From positions 15,128,001 to 15,192,000 of the forward strand of contig NC_092671.1 in assembly GCF_964355755.1 (NCBI RefSeq): a DNA stretch of 64,000 nt, in the 5' to 3' direction. The stretch comes from Antedon mediterranea. Taxonomy: Eukaryota; Animalia; Echinodermata. The notes beneath the pieces were generated by a model. That model did no database searches. It saw only the letters and a list, made by a program, of their open reading frames with translations, and had not been told where the DNA came from. Position 1 is the stretch's first letter, and every line of letters starts with the position of its first letter. Both the position numbers and the translations under genes were made by a program. Of the stretch, positions 12,501 through 24,900 are shown piece by piece.

Positions 12501-15500
12501 TACATCCATTAATCATTATCAAATAATATTCCATATAAAATCATTTTTGCTTTAATCATCTCTATTCTATTCTTCAGATACCAATCCATGTGACTCAGTT
12601 GATTGTAAAAATGGTGGAAATTGTTACATTAATTCTTATTATCAAGTTTATTGTGAATGTCAAGATTGTTATTCTGGAACATACTGTGAAAAATGTAAGT
12701 TTGTTGAATTTTGATCAACAATTATTATTTTTTCTATCTTAGTTACAATTACTAAAGTTATTTGAAATAAAACTAACAATTTATTAATTTAAATATAATG
12801 GAATTATACACTTTTTTCTTACAGATAATGATCCTTGTAGTGATGATAGTAATCCATGTGAAAACTCTGGTCTCTGTATTTCTGAGGGTTGTAATTTTTG
12901 GTGTAAATGTCCAGCATGCTATACTGGTGAAAGTTGTGAAAATGGTAAAACACTGTCTAATATTACATATATTACATTAACCTCTTTGTTAGAAAATGAG
13001 TAAAAATGTATGCCTAAATAAAACTTATGATATGTTTTTCAGTGTTGTAACTAGTAAACAAAAATTAACAGCTAAAACATTATTTCATTTGATGAATTTT
13101 TACTTTATTGTTTTACAGAAATTGATCCTTGCAGTGATATTGACTGTAATGGTGGCAAATGTGACGTAATCTCAACTAATTCAGTGTGTTCATACCAATG
13201 TATTAACTGTCCTGCTCACTATTCTGGAGATAACTGTGAAATATGTAAGTTACTTAATTATACATTCATTAATCATTATCAAATAATATTCCATATAAAA
13301 TCATTTGCTTTAATCATCTCTATTCTATTCTTCAGATACCAATCCATGTGACTCAGTTGATTGTAAAAATGGTGGAAATTGTTACATTAATTCTTATTAC
13401 CAAGTTTATTGCGAGTGTCAAGATTGTTATTCTGGAACATACTGTGAAAAATGTAAGTTTGTTGAATTTCGAATCCAAAATTTCTTATCTTAGTTCATTG
13501 AAATAAAAATAACAATTTATACACATTTTTCTTACAGATAATGATCCTTGTAATAATTATAGTAATCCATGTGAAAACTCTGGTCTCTGTATTTCTGAGG
13601 GTTGTAATTTTTGGTGTAAATGTCCAGCATGCTATACTGGTGAAAGTTGTGAAAATGGTAAAACACTGTCTAATATTACATATATTACATGAACCTCTTT
13701 GTTAGAAAATGAGTAAAAATTTATGGCTAAATAAAACTTATGATATGTTTTTCAGTGTTGTAACTAGTAAACAAAAATTAACAGCTAAAACATTATTTCA
13801 TTTGATGACATTTTACTTTATTGTTTTACAGAAATTGATCCTTGCAGTGATATTGACTGTAATGGTGGTAAATGTGACGTAATCTCAACAGATTCAGTGT
13901 GTTCATACCAATGTATTAACTGTCCTGCTCACTATTCTGGAGATAACTGTGAAATATGTAAGTTACTTAATTATACATCCATTAATCATTATCAAATAAT
14001 ATTCCATATAAAATCATTTTTGCTTTAATCATCTCTATTCTATTCTTCAGATACCAATCCATGTGACTCAGTTGATTGTAAAAATGGTGGAAATTGTTAC
14101 ATTAATTCTTATTATCAAGTTTATTGTGAATGTCAAGATTGTTATTCTGGAACATACTGTGAAAAATGTAAGTTTGTTGAATTTTGATCAACAATTATTA
14201 TTTTTTCTATCTTAGTTACAATTACTAAAGTTATTTGAAATAAAACTAACAATTTATTAATTTAAATATAATGGAATTATACACTTTTTTCTTACAGATA
14301 ATGATCCTTGTAGTGATGATAGTAATCCATGTGAAAACTCTGGTCTCTGTATTTCTGAGGGTTGTAATTTTTGGTGTAAATGTCCAGCATGCTATACTGG
14401 TGAAAGTTGTGAAAATGGTAAAACACTGTCTAATATTACATATATTACATTAACCTCTTTGTTAGAAAATGAGTAAAAATGTATGCCTAAATAAAACTTA
14501 TGATATGTTTTTCAGTGTTGTAACTAGTAAACAAAAATTAACAGCTAAAACATTATTTCATTTGATGAATTTTTACTTTATTGTTTTACAGAAATTGATC
14601 CTTGCAGTGATATTGACTGTAATGGTGGCAAATGTGACGTAATCTCAACTAATTCAGTGTGTTCATACCAATGTATTAACTGTCCTGCTCACTATTCTGG
14701 AGATAACTGTGAAATATGTAAGTTACTTAATTATACATTCATTAATCATTATCAAATAATATTCCATATAAAATCATTTGCTTTAATCATCTCTATTCTA
14801 TTCTTCAGATACCAATCCATGTGACTCAGTTGATTGTAAAAATGGTGGAAATTGTTACATTAATTCTTATTACCAAGTTTATTGCGAGTGTCAAGATTGT
14901 TATTCTGGAACATACTGTGAAAAATGTAAGTTTGTTGAATTTTGAATCCAAAATTTCTTATCTTAGTTCATTGAAATAAGAATAACAATTTATACACATT
15001 TTTCTTACAGATAATGATCCTTGTAATAATTATAGTAATCCATGTGAAAACTCTGGTCTCTGTATTTCTGAGGGTTGTAATTTTTGGTGTAAATGTCCCG
15101 CATGCTATACTGGTGACAGTTGTGAAAATGGTAAGACACTGTCTAACATCTTACATATATTTAATGAACCTTTTTGTTAGAAATGAGTACAAATCAACTA
15201 ATTTGAAAATGTAATGCCTAAATACAATTTATGATAGGTTGTAACTAGTAAACAAAAATCAAGAGCAAAAACATTATTTAATTTGATGACATTTTACTTT
15301 ATTGTTTTACAGAAATTGATCCTTGCAGTGATATTGACTGTAATGGTGGCAAATGTGATGTAATCTCAACTGATTCAGTGTGTTCATACCAATGTATTAA
15401 CTGTCCTGCTCACTATTCTGGAGATAACTGTGAAATATGTAAATTAACTTATTATACATTCATAATCATTATCAAGTATGCCTTATAACATCATTTGTGC

Positions 15501-18500
15501 TTTAATCATCTTTATTCTATTCTTCAGATACCAATCCATGTGACTCAGTTGATTGTAAAAATGGTGGAAATTGTTACATTAATTCTTATTATCAAGTTTA
15601 TTGCACGTGTCAAGATTGTTATTCTGGAACATACTGTGAAAAATGTAAGTTTGTTGAATTTTGATCAACAATTATTATTTTTTCTATCTTAGTTAAAATT
15701 ACTAAAGTTATTTGAAAAAAAACTAACAATTTATTAATTTAAATATAATGGAATTATACACTTTTTTCTTACAGATAATGATCCTTGTAGTGATGATAGT
15801 AATCCATGTGAAAACTCTGGTCTCTGTATTTCTGAGGGTTGTAATTTTTGGTGTAAATGTCCAGCATGCTATACTGGTGAAAGTTGTGAAAATGGTAAAA
15901 CACTCTGTCTAATATTACATATATTACATGAACCTCTTTGTTAGAAAATGAGTAAAAATTTATGGCTAAATAAAACTTATGATATGTTTTTCAGTGTTGT
16001 AACTAGTAAACAAAAATTAACAGCTAAAACATTATTTCATTTGATGACATTTTACTTTATTGTTTTACAGAAATTGATCCTTGCAGTGATATTGACTGTA
16101 ATGGTGGCAAATGTGACGTAATCTCAACAGATTCAGTGTGTTCATACCAATGCATTAATTGTCCTGCTCACTATTCTGGAGATAACTGTGAAATATGTAA
16201 GTTACTTAATTCTACATTCATTAATCATTATCAAATAATATTCCATATAAAATCATTTGTGCTTTAATCATCTCTATTCTATTCTTCAGATACCAATCCA
16301 TGTGACTCAGTTGATTGTAAAAATGGTGGAAATTGTTACATTAATTCTTATTACCAAGTTTATTGCGCGTGTCAAGATTGTTATTCTGGAACATACTGTG
16401 AAAAATGTAAGTTTGTTGAATTTTGAATTCAAAATTATTTACTGCAATTACTTAAGTTATTTGAATTATAATTAACAATTTATACCCATTTTTGTTACAG
16501 ATAATGATCCTTGTAATGATGATAGTAATCCATGTCAAAACTCTGGTCTCTGTATTTCTGAGGGTTGTAATTTTTGGTGTAAATGTCCAGCATGCTATAC
16601 TGGTGACAGTTGTGAATATTGTAAGAATCCTATCTACATACATACAAAGTTCTTATATTAATTATAATTTTACAATTATTATACATTTTTCTTATAAAAT
16701 AATAATTAATCATTTCAGCATTATTTTCAAATCATTTTGAAAGGTCTTACTTTCCATCCTCCTATCTGTTGTAATTGTAATTTTAATTGTGTTTGTATGA
16801 ATTTATTTCACTAAATTTTAATAAATTATTTTCTACTTAGACATTAACCCTTGTGAAGATGTGAATTGTAATGGCGGGCAATGTGTAGTTATTTCAAACA
16901 TCAGTCAGTGCACATATGAATGTACCAACTGTCCATATGGCTATACTGGAAACAATTGTGAAACTTGTAAGTACAGTATTCAATTACTTGTTAAAGCATT
17001 CCATTTGGTTATAAATTCCCTGAAATCATAACTTTTAGATGTCATTTATTACCTCCACCAGAATTGCAGGAGGTTATGAGGTAAATCGGGTGTGTTTGTT
17101 TCTGTCTATATTTGTTGGTTAGCAGGATATATTATGTTTTATTTGTGTTATAATGGTTATACTTTATATTTGTGGGTAAATAAAAGAAAGTAGAAAACTG
17201 TATTGCCTCATTTTCATAAGATTTTAAAGGATGGTTTCATAGCTGTATGGAAACATGCGATTTAATTTTCATATGCCTAGGCAGAGCTTTTAGTTATGTG
17301 TATGTTATGTTTTTTTCATTTCAGAATGAAAAAAAAAAAACTGGCCAACATAAATTTTCAAAACTACACTGTTTCTATTCAAGTTATTCCTTCTTCTTGT
17401 TATTTTGAGACAAATAAATTATTACTAATAACTTTTTTCCCTTCTTTTTAGATATTGACCCTTGTCAATACACTGATTGTGAAAATAATGGAACTTGTGT
17501 AGTTAAACCAGACCACACTACTGAATGTAAATGTAAAGAGTGTTATTCTGGCACTCTATGTCAAGACTGTGAGTAAAATCTAAAGCTCTGTCTACACTAT
17601 TAAAATTGATGTGACAAAAAAATGTAATATGCCCATATATGGATAGACACGATGATGTCATATCACTACCATATTTGGCCACATCACACTTTTTTATCAA
17701 ACTAGTTTGATAGTGTAGACAAAGCTTAATAACATTATTCTTATTCCATGTATATTAATATATGTAATATTTTAAACATTTAGCTTTGTATATAGAAAAG
17801 ACTGATTAAAGAATTTTTCTTGTTAGAAACTCATAAACCGTTGCTAATAATTAACTTTAAAGTACATGAATGAAGATATATTCTAGTTGCGCATAAAATA
17901 TGTTGAAATTTAGAGTCAAAAGAGGATAACCGTATTATGGTGTTTTAAAAATATTTAATAACTATGTTATGTTTTTTTTTACTAGATGTAAGCAGTGCAT
18001 GCGATAGTCATAAATGTGGTAATGGTGGCGTGTGTGAATCAACTGGATGTAATACGTACAAGTGTGTTTGTCCCATGTGTTACACTGGACGATACTGTGC
18101 CTCCCGTAAGACTTCACTCTCTTTTAAATACAAATTTGTCTGCACATCAGTACATTCATATTGCTTATGTATATATATTATTAGGCTAATAGAAATCCAA
18201 AGACAAATTACTGAAATAAAATAAGCAAAAAGCTAAATCAAAATGATAAATTAAAACAACCAGAAAAATTTGCAGAGCTTTTGGGTAACAGTAACCCTTC
18301 ATCAGTATAAGGAGTACCTAATTATTTAGGTTTTTAAGATCTTCTGTAATCTCTAACTGTAATTACTGTTTGTTTCAATATCATATTTTTATACACTAAC
18401 AGGAGTTGATCCATGTGAAAATCATGGGTGCCAAAACAATGGAGTTTGTATTCCACTTGTACCATCGTGTGAACGCTACAGGTGTTGGTGCCGTCGTGGA

Positions 18501-18799
18501 ACTACTGGCAATAGATGTCAATGTAAGTATGAACACGGATTACAAAATGTATGTGTTTATGCGTTTGTTACCTAATTAACAATGCCTCTCGGAGTACAGT
18601 GATTTATTTGTTACTAACAAGACTCCTATGTCATAATTAACAATGCCTCTCGGTCTACAGTGATTTATTTGTTACTAACAAGACTCCTATGTCATAATTA
18701 ACAATGCCTCTCGGAGTACAGTGATTTATGTGATAAGACTAACATTTTACAATTTTACTTGCAGATACTTCTGGTTACTACGCCCCATACGGAGGATAA
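9505..18799 (+). CDS. Gene B: secreted protein with signal peptide, 30 tandem EGF-like modules and Tyr-rich tail (~1241 aa, 32 coding exons)
   Basis: Signal exon 9505-9559 (MELQITLIVLSIFNFANA). EGF exons: 9929-10063, 10410-10523, 10884-11009, 11190-11306, 11419-11538, 11646-11771, 11863-11979, 12065-12184, 12359-12484, 12578-12694, 12825-12944, 13119-13244, 13336-13452, 13538-13657, 13832-13957, 14051-14167, 14298-14417, 14592-14717, 14809-14925, 15011-15130, 15313-15438, 15528-15644, 15775-15894, 16071-16196, 16290-16406, 16501-16620, 16841-16966, 17452-17568, 17986-18105, 18403-18522. Last exon 18765-18799 (YTSGYYAPYGG*). All introns are GT-AG and phase 1, and all EGF exon lengths are divisible by 3. 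No TM segment seen. Confidence 0.92.
11190..16620 (+). repeat. Intragenic tandem array of a three-exon unit (~700-760 bp) with a 1473-bp six-exon higher-order duplication
   Basis: Exon types NPCDSVDCKNGGNC / DPC..NPCENSGLC / DPCSDIDCNGGKC cycle in strict order. The offsets 11863->13336->14809 and 12825->14298 are all 1473 bp, and identical ORF-track entries appear at 12798 and 14271. Confidence 0.95.
17046..17130 (+). mobile_element. Decayed 5' end of a Helentron/HINE (DINE-1-like) element
   Basis: ttattACCTCCaccagaattgcaGGAGGTtat short palindrome followed by a degenerate GTTT/GTCT microsatellite and ttagcaggat. This resembles the left end of HINE-type elements, recognised from memory only. 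Confidence 0.4.
17584..17726. mobile_element. 143-bp MITE with TAA target duplication (PIF/Harbinger, Tourist-like)
   Basis: taa|AGCTCTGTCTACACTAT ... ATAGTGTAGACAAAGCT|taa (16/17 TIR match). The internal arms are also imperfectly self-complementary. Confidence 0.8.
18573..18729. repeat. 61-bp minisatellite, ~2.6 copies, last intron of gene B
   Basis: taattaacaatgcctctcgg... starts at 18573, 18634 and 18695. Confidence 0.9.
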
Positions 18800-21700
18800 T
18801 ATGAAATAAATATTATATAAATAAGCAGGAATTGTGTGAAAACAATGTTTAACACGATTCTATTTCTATCACATCTCCAATAATCATTCAGTAAGATATT
18901 TCTAATATTTGTGAATTTATTTATATTATATAATATATTTGGTAATTTTAATACTGTTTTATAAGAATTTATATTAATAAATGAATAAATATGTAAAAGT
19001 TAATTTATCTTCATTAAGATAATAATAATAGGGCCTAATAATAATACATTTTTAGAGCGCATACAGGGTAAAGCCTCTTTGCGATTAACAATAGAAAATA
19101 ACAAGTTTCCAATAAAATAAAACTGGAACTAAATATTAAATAATATAATATAAGCATTAATATAACTTTTAGTTTGATAGAATTTGTAGCTAGGGACGTA
19201 CTGTATTTTGAATTTAATGTTACAGTATAATTAATTTGTTACAATGAAATTCATGGGTTTTTGTAAAACCAGAAAAAAATTATTATAATTTATTTATATA
19301 AACGGTGTTCAATTTGAACTAAAATATAAAATAATATGATATTTGATTTGTTTTGTATTTGTTTAGTAGGACATTTACTTTCTACATTTTAATAAACGTA
19401 CTTTTAAAATTAAAATTGTGATTACTTCGTTATTTTTGTTACTCCATAATCAAATAACTTTAAATTAGATAATAGCAAATCTAACAATTATTAAAAGTTG
19501 TGAACGTCTAATTAATTATAGCATTTCTAATGTGAAATGTATTTCATCGATCAGAGTTTAAAGATGTATTGTCTCTCAAAAACATGACGGAAAAATGAAG
19601 ATTAATAAAATCAGACATTGAATAGGCCATTGTGTATTTTTAATTAAGCTGTAGAAAAATGAAAAAAATAATGGTTTCACTTATAAGAAGCCAAATTAAC
19701 TAATTGTCTGAGACAATTTGAGTATTTTTTGCTTTTCAGGTAAATAATTTTTTTTTCGATCCAATTTTTGGTTAAAGTTTAATATTTAAAGTTACATTAA
19801 AATGGCATATTCAACAAAAACATGTTATATATAGTCAACTGATTCATATCTAATGCAAAGTAAACAATGGAATTCACGAAATCACCACTACAATACCACA
19901 AAGCTAAAGAAGTCCTTTTACTTACATTAAATCTTGTGTACAAAACAATTCATTCGAGTTACTACGATACCAACCAATTGTTGCTGTTCTTACCTCGTGT
20001 CTAATATCATTGGTCTTTATGATTCATATTAATCTTTATTGGTCTAATCATAAAAAAAAATGTAATACGAAAATGTTTATAAACTGCAAATAAAATGTAA
20101 AAATATACATAAATATGGTTAATAACATCTCATTAAATTGGTGGTATATTATTGTAAAATGCTTCACTAAAAGTAACATAAACATAATCACTTTACGATT
20201 GTCATTTCTATGACATTCATGACAGACTACAATTTATATTGTCACGTCATTTTCGCCATGACCATAGTCTTTATTGTCATCACCATTGAATCACCATGAC
20301 TACGATCATTATCATTATTTGTTATCATAATCATGGTTACAGTCATTGTCATTTATGTTATGTTATCATCACTGTCAAAACGGTCCAACATGTCTAGCTC
20401 ATCTGTCATCTTTTGTATGATTAGTCCTAGTAATCGTTATTAATGCATATTTTAATATTAAAGTTGATCATCTTAATAGGCCTAATTCGCTTCTATACCC
20501 GGACCCGGATGTGGTTTTTGATATTGGTAACCATAGCATTTATCACTTAGATTTTCTTTTTTCCTATCAAATATTCGTTATTAATCCAGCGTTTTAAAGA
20601 TATTACTTTGCTTCTCTCGTGATCCACTTCTCTCAATCTTCACCCAGGTTAATTGATACTGGTTTCAAAAGAATTTCGGTTGCTATAGTAAGTGCTGGGC
20701 CGAAGATACAACGTGGTGCCGCCTAATGAAAGTAATTCTCAATAAATACTACACAGGTCAAAGGTGTACTAGGCCTATTTAAATAAGGTGTGATTTGCAT
20801 ATTGAGTATACGTTCATCGTGTGGACCACCACCAACCGATACTGTCTCGAGATTCTACAGTACCCTCTCGAGATTCTAACCTTACCATAGATTCTAACCG
20901 TCCAACATTTTTAAACGAGTTTTTAGATTTTATGAAACGTTACAAAAGAATTTTTCAAAGAAAATCCAATCGGTAAGCTTTAGATGTGGAATCCAGGTCA
21001 AGATGTTGGCACAGTTGTGTAGTTATTAGGAACTATACTGTAACGGTTTATAGTCTTTGTTATCACAAAGTTTAATATTGTGGAATCATATTTTGCTTTT
21101 TAAATTTCTCTTTTTATCAACTGTTGGACGACAGCTCAAAGGCTGACCGATATTTGTTATGTTTTTTTTGGTCGTAGTTCTCATTACATTCTTAACTGTG
21201 CGTGTGTACCGAATCACAAATTAAGGTTGCCTCTAATTCAACTTCCTCGACCTTTGTATTTGACATATGTGATAAATATAATGTTTATGCGGCATTTAGT
21301 CTAACCAAGCCCGTAGTCAGAGGTTCGTGCCCTTTTCAAACTTGAGACCACCATTGAAAATGCTATGTGAATGTACAAATCCTAGTCTAGAGTAAGCCTA
21401 AATCTATCTTTCATTCAGTTGGTAACGGTACCCTTTTTGCTAAAAAATACCCCCTCCCTATCCCCCTAACCCCCTAAATCGAACCCTAACCCACCACCCT
21501 CCCCCATGCTTGGTATGCCGTAACTAAAATAATTGTACAGCACTAGACAGTGACCGAGTTATTAACTTAGGAGTTCATGTCTTAAGATGGTTACTAAGGA
21601 ATATGAAAGAATTCCTGTATTGTATACATTGTAGTTATCACCTCGCGTCGGGATTGTCAAGAAGGGATTATTAAAATACTTAATACACTATTTACTTACT

Positions 21701-21891
21701 TCAAGTATTTCGTAAAGAAAAAAATTACTATAAACAGGATCAACATAAATTGTATTCGAACGATTTCAGCTTACTGACGACAAGGACAGTATTGAGTGTT
21801 TAAACAATTGAAATTGTATTGTAGCGAACTAACAGAATGAATGTAAAATATGGTTAAATAGATTAAATGAAGATTAACATATTTAGGCATG

Positions 21892-21904
21892 TATATATAT
21901 AAAA
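21892..21904 (+). promoter_or_regulatory. Putative TATA box of gene C
   Basis: TATATATATAAAA about 50 nt upstream of ATG 21954, matching the spacing seen in gene B. Confidence 0.4.
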
Positions 21905-21953
21905 AAAAATTTTTGTGCAAAATATTTATTATTGGGTCAAGCATACAAGGAAG

Positions 21954-24900
21954 ATGGAACTCCAGTTGTTAATTGTAATTGTAGGGACATTTAGTTTTTC
22001 AAGTGCTGGTAAGTCAATACTCATTCTGTAATTAAATTGTAGTAGTGAATATGTAAATAAATATATGTATTATCAATTAATGGTTATTCAACATAAATGT
22101 GAATAAATGTGTTCTACTTGTAAATAGTATTTAATCAAACTCAAACTTTGTCCGCCGACACATAAACCAGCATCTAATGTTGAAAAATTATTTTCATACC
22201 TTAGTATGTTTTATTGATAGTAGATATACATACCATTAGAACTTGTAGAAGATATTTTTACTTAACGCTAATGCAATAAATATAAACTCACTCATCATTC
22301 TGCAGTTTATTTCATTTAAATAGGTTTTAATCAACCTAATGACCTATTCCGACACAGGCTAGCATATTATGTTGAAGAATTATTTTGTACTAGCTTAGTA
22401 TTTAGTTTTACTTAACGCTAATACTAGAAATATAAATTAACTTTATTTTAGGCTATATACCCGTTGGTGATCCTTGTCTAAATCACCGATGTGGTGACAA
22501 CGGAATATGCGTTGCAAATGCGTGGGGAACAGGATATTACTGTCAATGTGTGGGATCGTGCTACAGTGGTGCATACTGTGATATATGTAAGTTTATTCTT
22601 TTCATTACTAGTTAATTATTGATAATGTTACAGTATAAACAACTCACTCACTGTCATCCTGATCAAAGATCTGTCAGCAAGCAGCTTTATTTAATTGTTT
22701 TCATATTTATGTTATGTTTAACATCACCATATCCAATATGAAAGTAGCTTTTACCAACTTTATCAACGTCTTACATAGAACTATCATCACATACCATAAC
22801 TGAACAAACCTAACCTATAGCTCTAATTATTAATTATCGAACATTGTCCAATTCTAGATTCCAATCCCTGTTCTGGTGTAACTTGTGGCGATTATGGTTA
22901 TTGTGAAGAGGATGGATGCAGCTTTAACTGCAGATGTGCAAGCTGTTTTACTGGGAGTCAGTGCCAAACATGTAAGACTGTCAAATACAGACAGTAACTA
23001 AAAACAATGTATAACAACAAACTCTTTATTTCCACACGATTGGCAATGTATTATAATTTCTAATATAAAGTATTGTTTCCATATTAATGTGTGGTTTTAT
23101 ACTATTTTTATATTATTTTAAGAATGCGTACTGTTCATAGTAAAGATGTACAGCAATATAATATATTTAAGTTGATAGAAAGTGGGGGCATTTGTCAGTT
23201 TAACATGCTTATAAAATGGTTGCTTCTGCAATGAATAATATCAAAACTAATGATAATACCAGCTTCTAGCTTCGGTATTCATTCAATGGCTTGTACTTCT
23301 TCATATCTGTTGAATTTTCTTCTTTTTTAACACAGCCATTCTTTATATTCATATATTTATTTAATTTTTAAAGGAAATGGTGTAAAGTGAATTGTATTTT
23401 TCAAACGTATAGGTCATCTATCAAATTTGAAACTGTTCAATTGTTTTCATTTGTAGTTAACAATCCTTGCAACGGAGTTAACTGTAACAACGGTCAGTGT
23501 AATACTATTTCAACTTTCAATGACTGTTCTTACCAATGTATTTGTCCACCTTTATATTATGGTACAAATTGTGAAATAGGTGAGTAGATATAATTTGTCT
23601 CCTTATTCATAGCACTCCTATTGTGATCAATAAATTAGAAACTCGACATAAAATTTTACCAAAATGCGGTATCTTCCCCTTAGGCTAATCTTATACCGCC
23701 ATGGTCTAAATATAATGACGACTAGACGAGTTTATTTAACATAATTACAATATAATTGTTTAGAGAAAAACCCATGTGAAACGTTTCATTGTAAAAATGA
23801 CGGAACTTGCATCGTCAACTCTGAATTTGAAGCTGAATGCATATGCCGAGTGTGCTACTCTGGTCACTACTGTGAACAAGGTACGTGTAGTCCTAAGTTA
23901 TTATTAATTCAATATTTTACACTTATGGTAAACCACAAATTTAAAAATGTTTACAGCCTACTGTATGCCTGTACCATATAATGTTTTCTTGGAGGAAACC
24001 AGTCTTTTAAAGCATTCAATAGAGATAAATACAATTTTAATTTTTCTAAATACACAACAAACAAGAAACTATAATATTATAAACAGTCGTCAATTATCTT
24101 CATTGATCTAAAATATGAATCCTGTTTCAGAAGCACCATCTAAATAATTTCAGATAACATAACACTCTACTTATATTATCAAATTTAGCTTGAATCGAAA
24201 GGGAGGTACTGCCAAAAGAAAATATCTCGCTATCTGTCCCTCTATGGGATTCAAACATTAGCCAAAATGATGGAGAATGTCTAAAATGATTATGAATATT
24301 TTAGAAAGTTTATCATAGTAGGCATGTACCTCTTTTTAATTTGTGTGACAATAGTTTAAAAGCAAAATGGTAAAAGACACCAATTCAATTTTATCCTAAC
24401 AAAATTATTTCTTGAACGACTATTATCCGAAGTTATGAACTAGACAAGATAAAGTGAGTGTTTTATCTCCATTTAGCAATTAATCCATGTGCCGGTATAA
24501 ACTGCAATGGTGGAAGATGTGTCGTCGTTCAAACATCCACTGAATGTGGTTACCAATGTACAGATTGTCCACCTTGGTACAGTGGAATTTACTGTCAAAC
24601 ATGTAAGTATTGCCGTCCATAACAATTCTACAGAAACGGTACTATTTTTGTCTGAACTTTTCTTTCTGAGAAACGATCAATTGAAAATTATATAAAATTC
24701 TTCAAAATGATGGCAATTCGAAAGCTTAAATAAATTGTAGTCTTTGATCACAGATCAACTGGTATTATATTGATAATCTACCGACTTAAGTAGTTTGTTA
24801 TTTCTTTACCACTGATTTTCAATAAAATACAAATAAATTAAATTCCTAAAGCAAAGAATTTAGTTTAAATATTTGAGTATGTGTTTACCGCATAATTACA

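Noticed and set aside
19500-21400. Possible decayed transposon coding sequence or hidden gene between genes B and C
   Set aside because: There is no ORF of 60 aa or more and no recognisable motif; only low-complexity (CAT/TCA)-like sequence near 20220-20370.
21450-21505. Telomere-like CCCTAA motifs
   Set aside because: There are only three or four degenerate, interrupted copies, so this is not a telomeric array.
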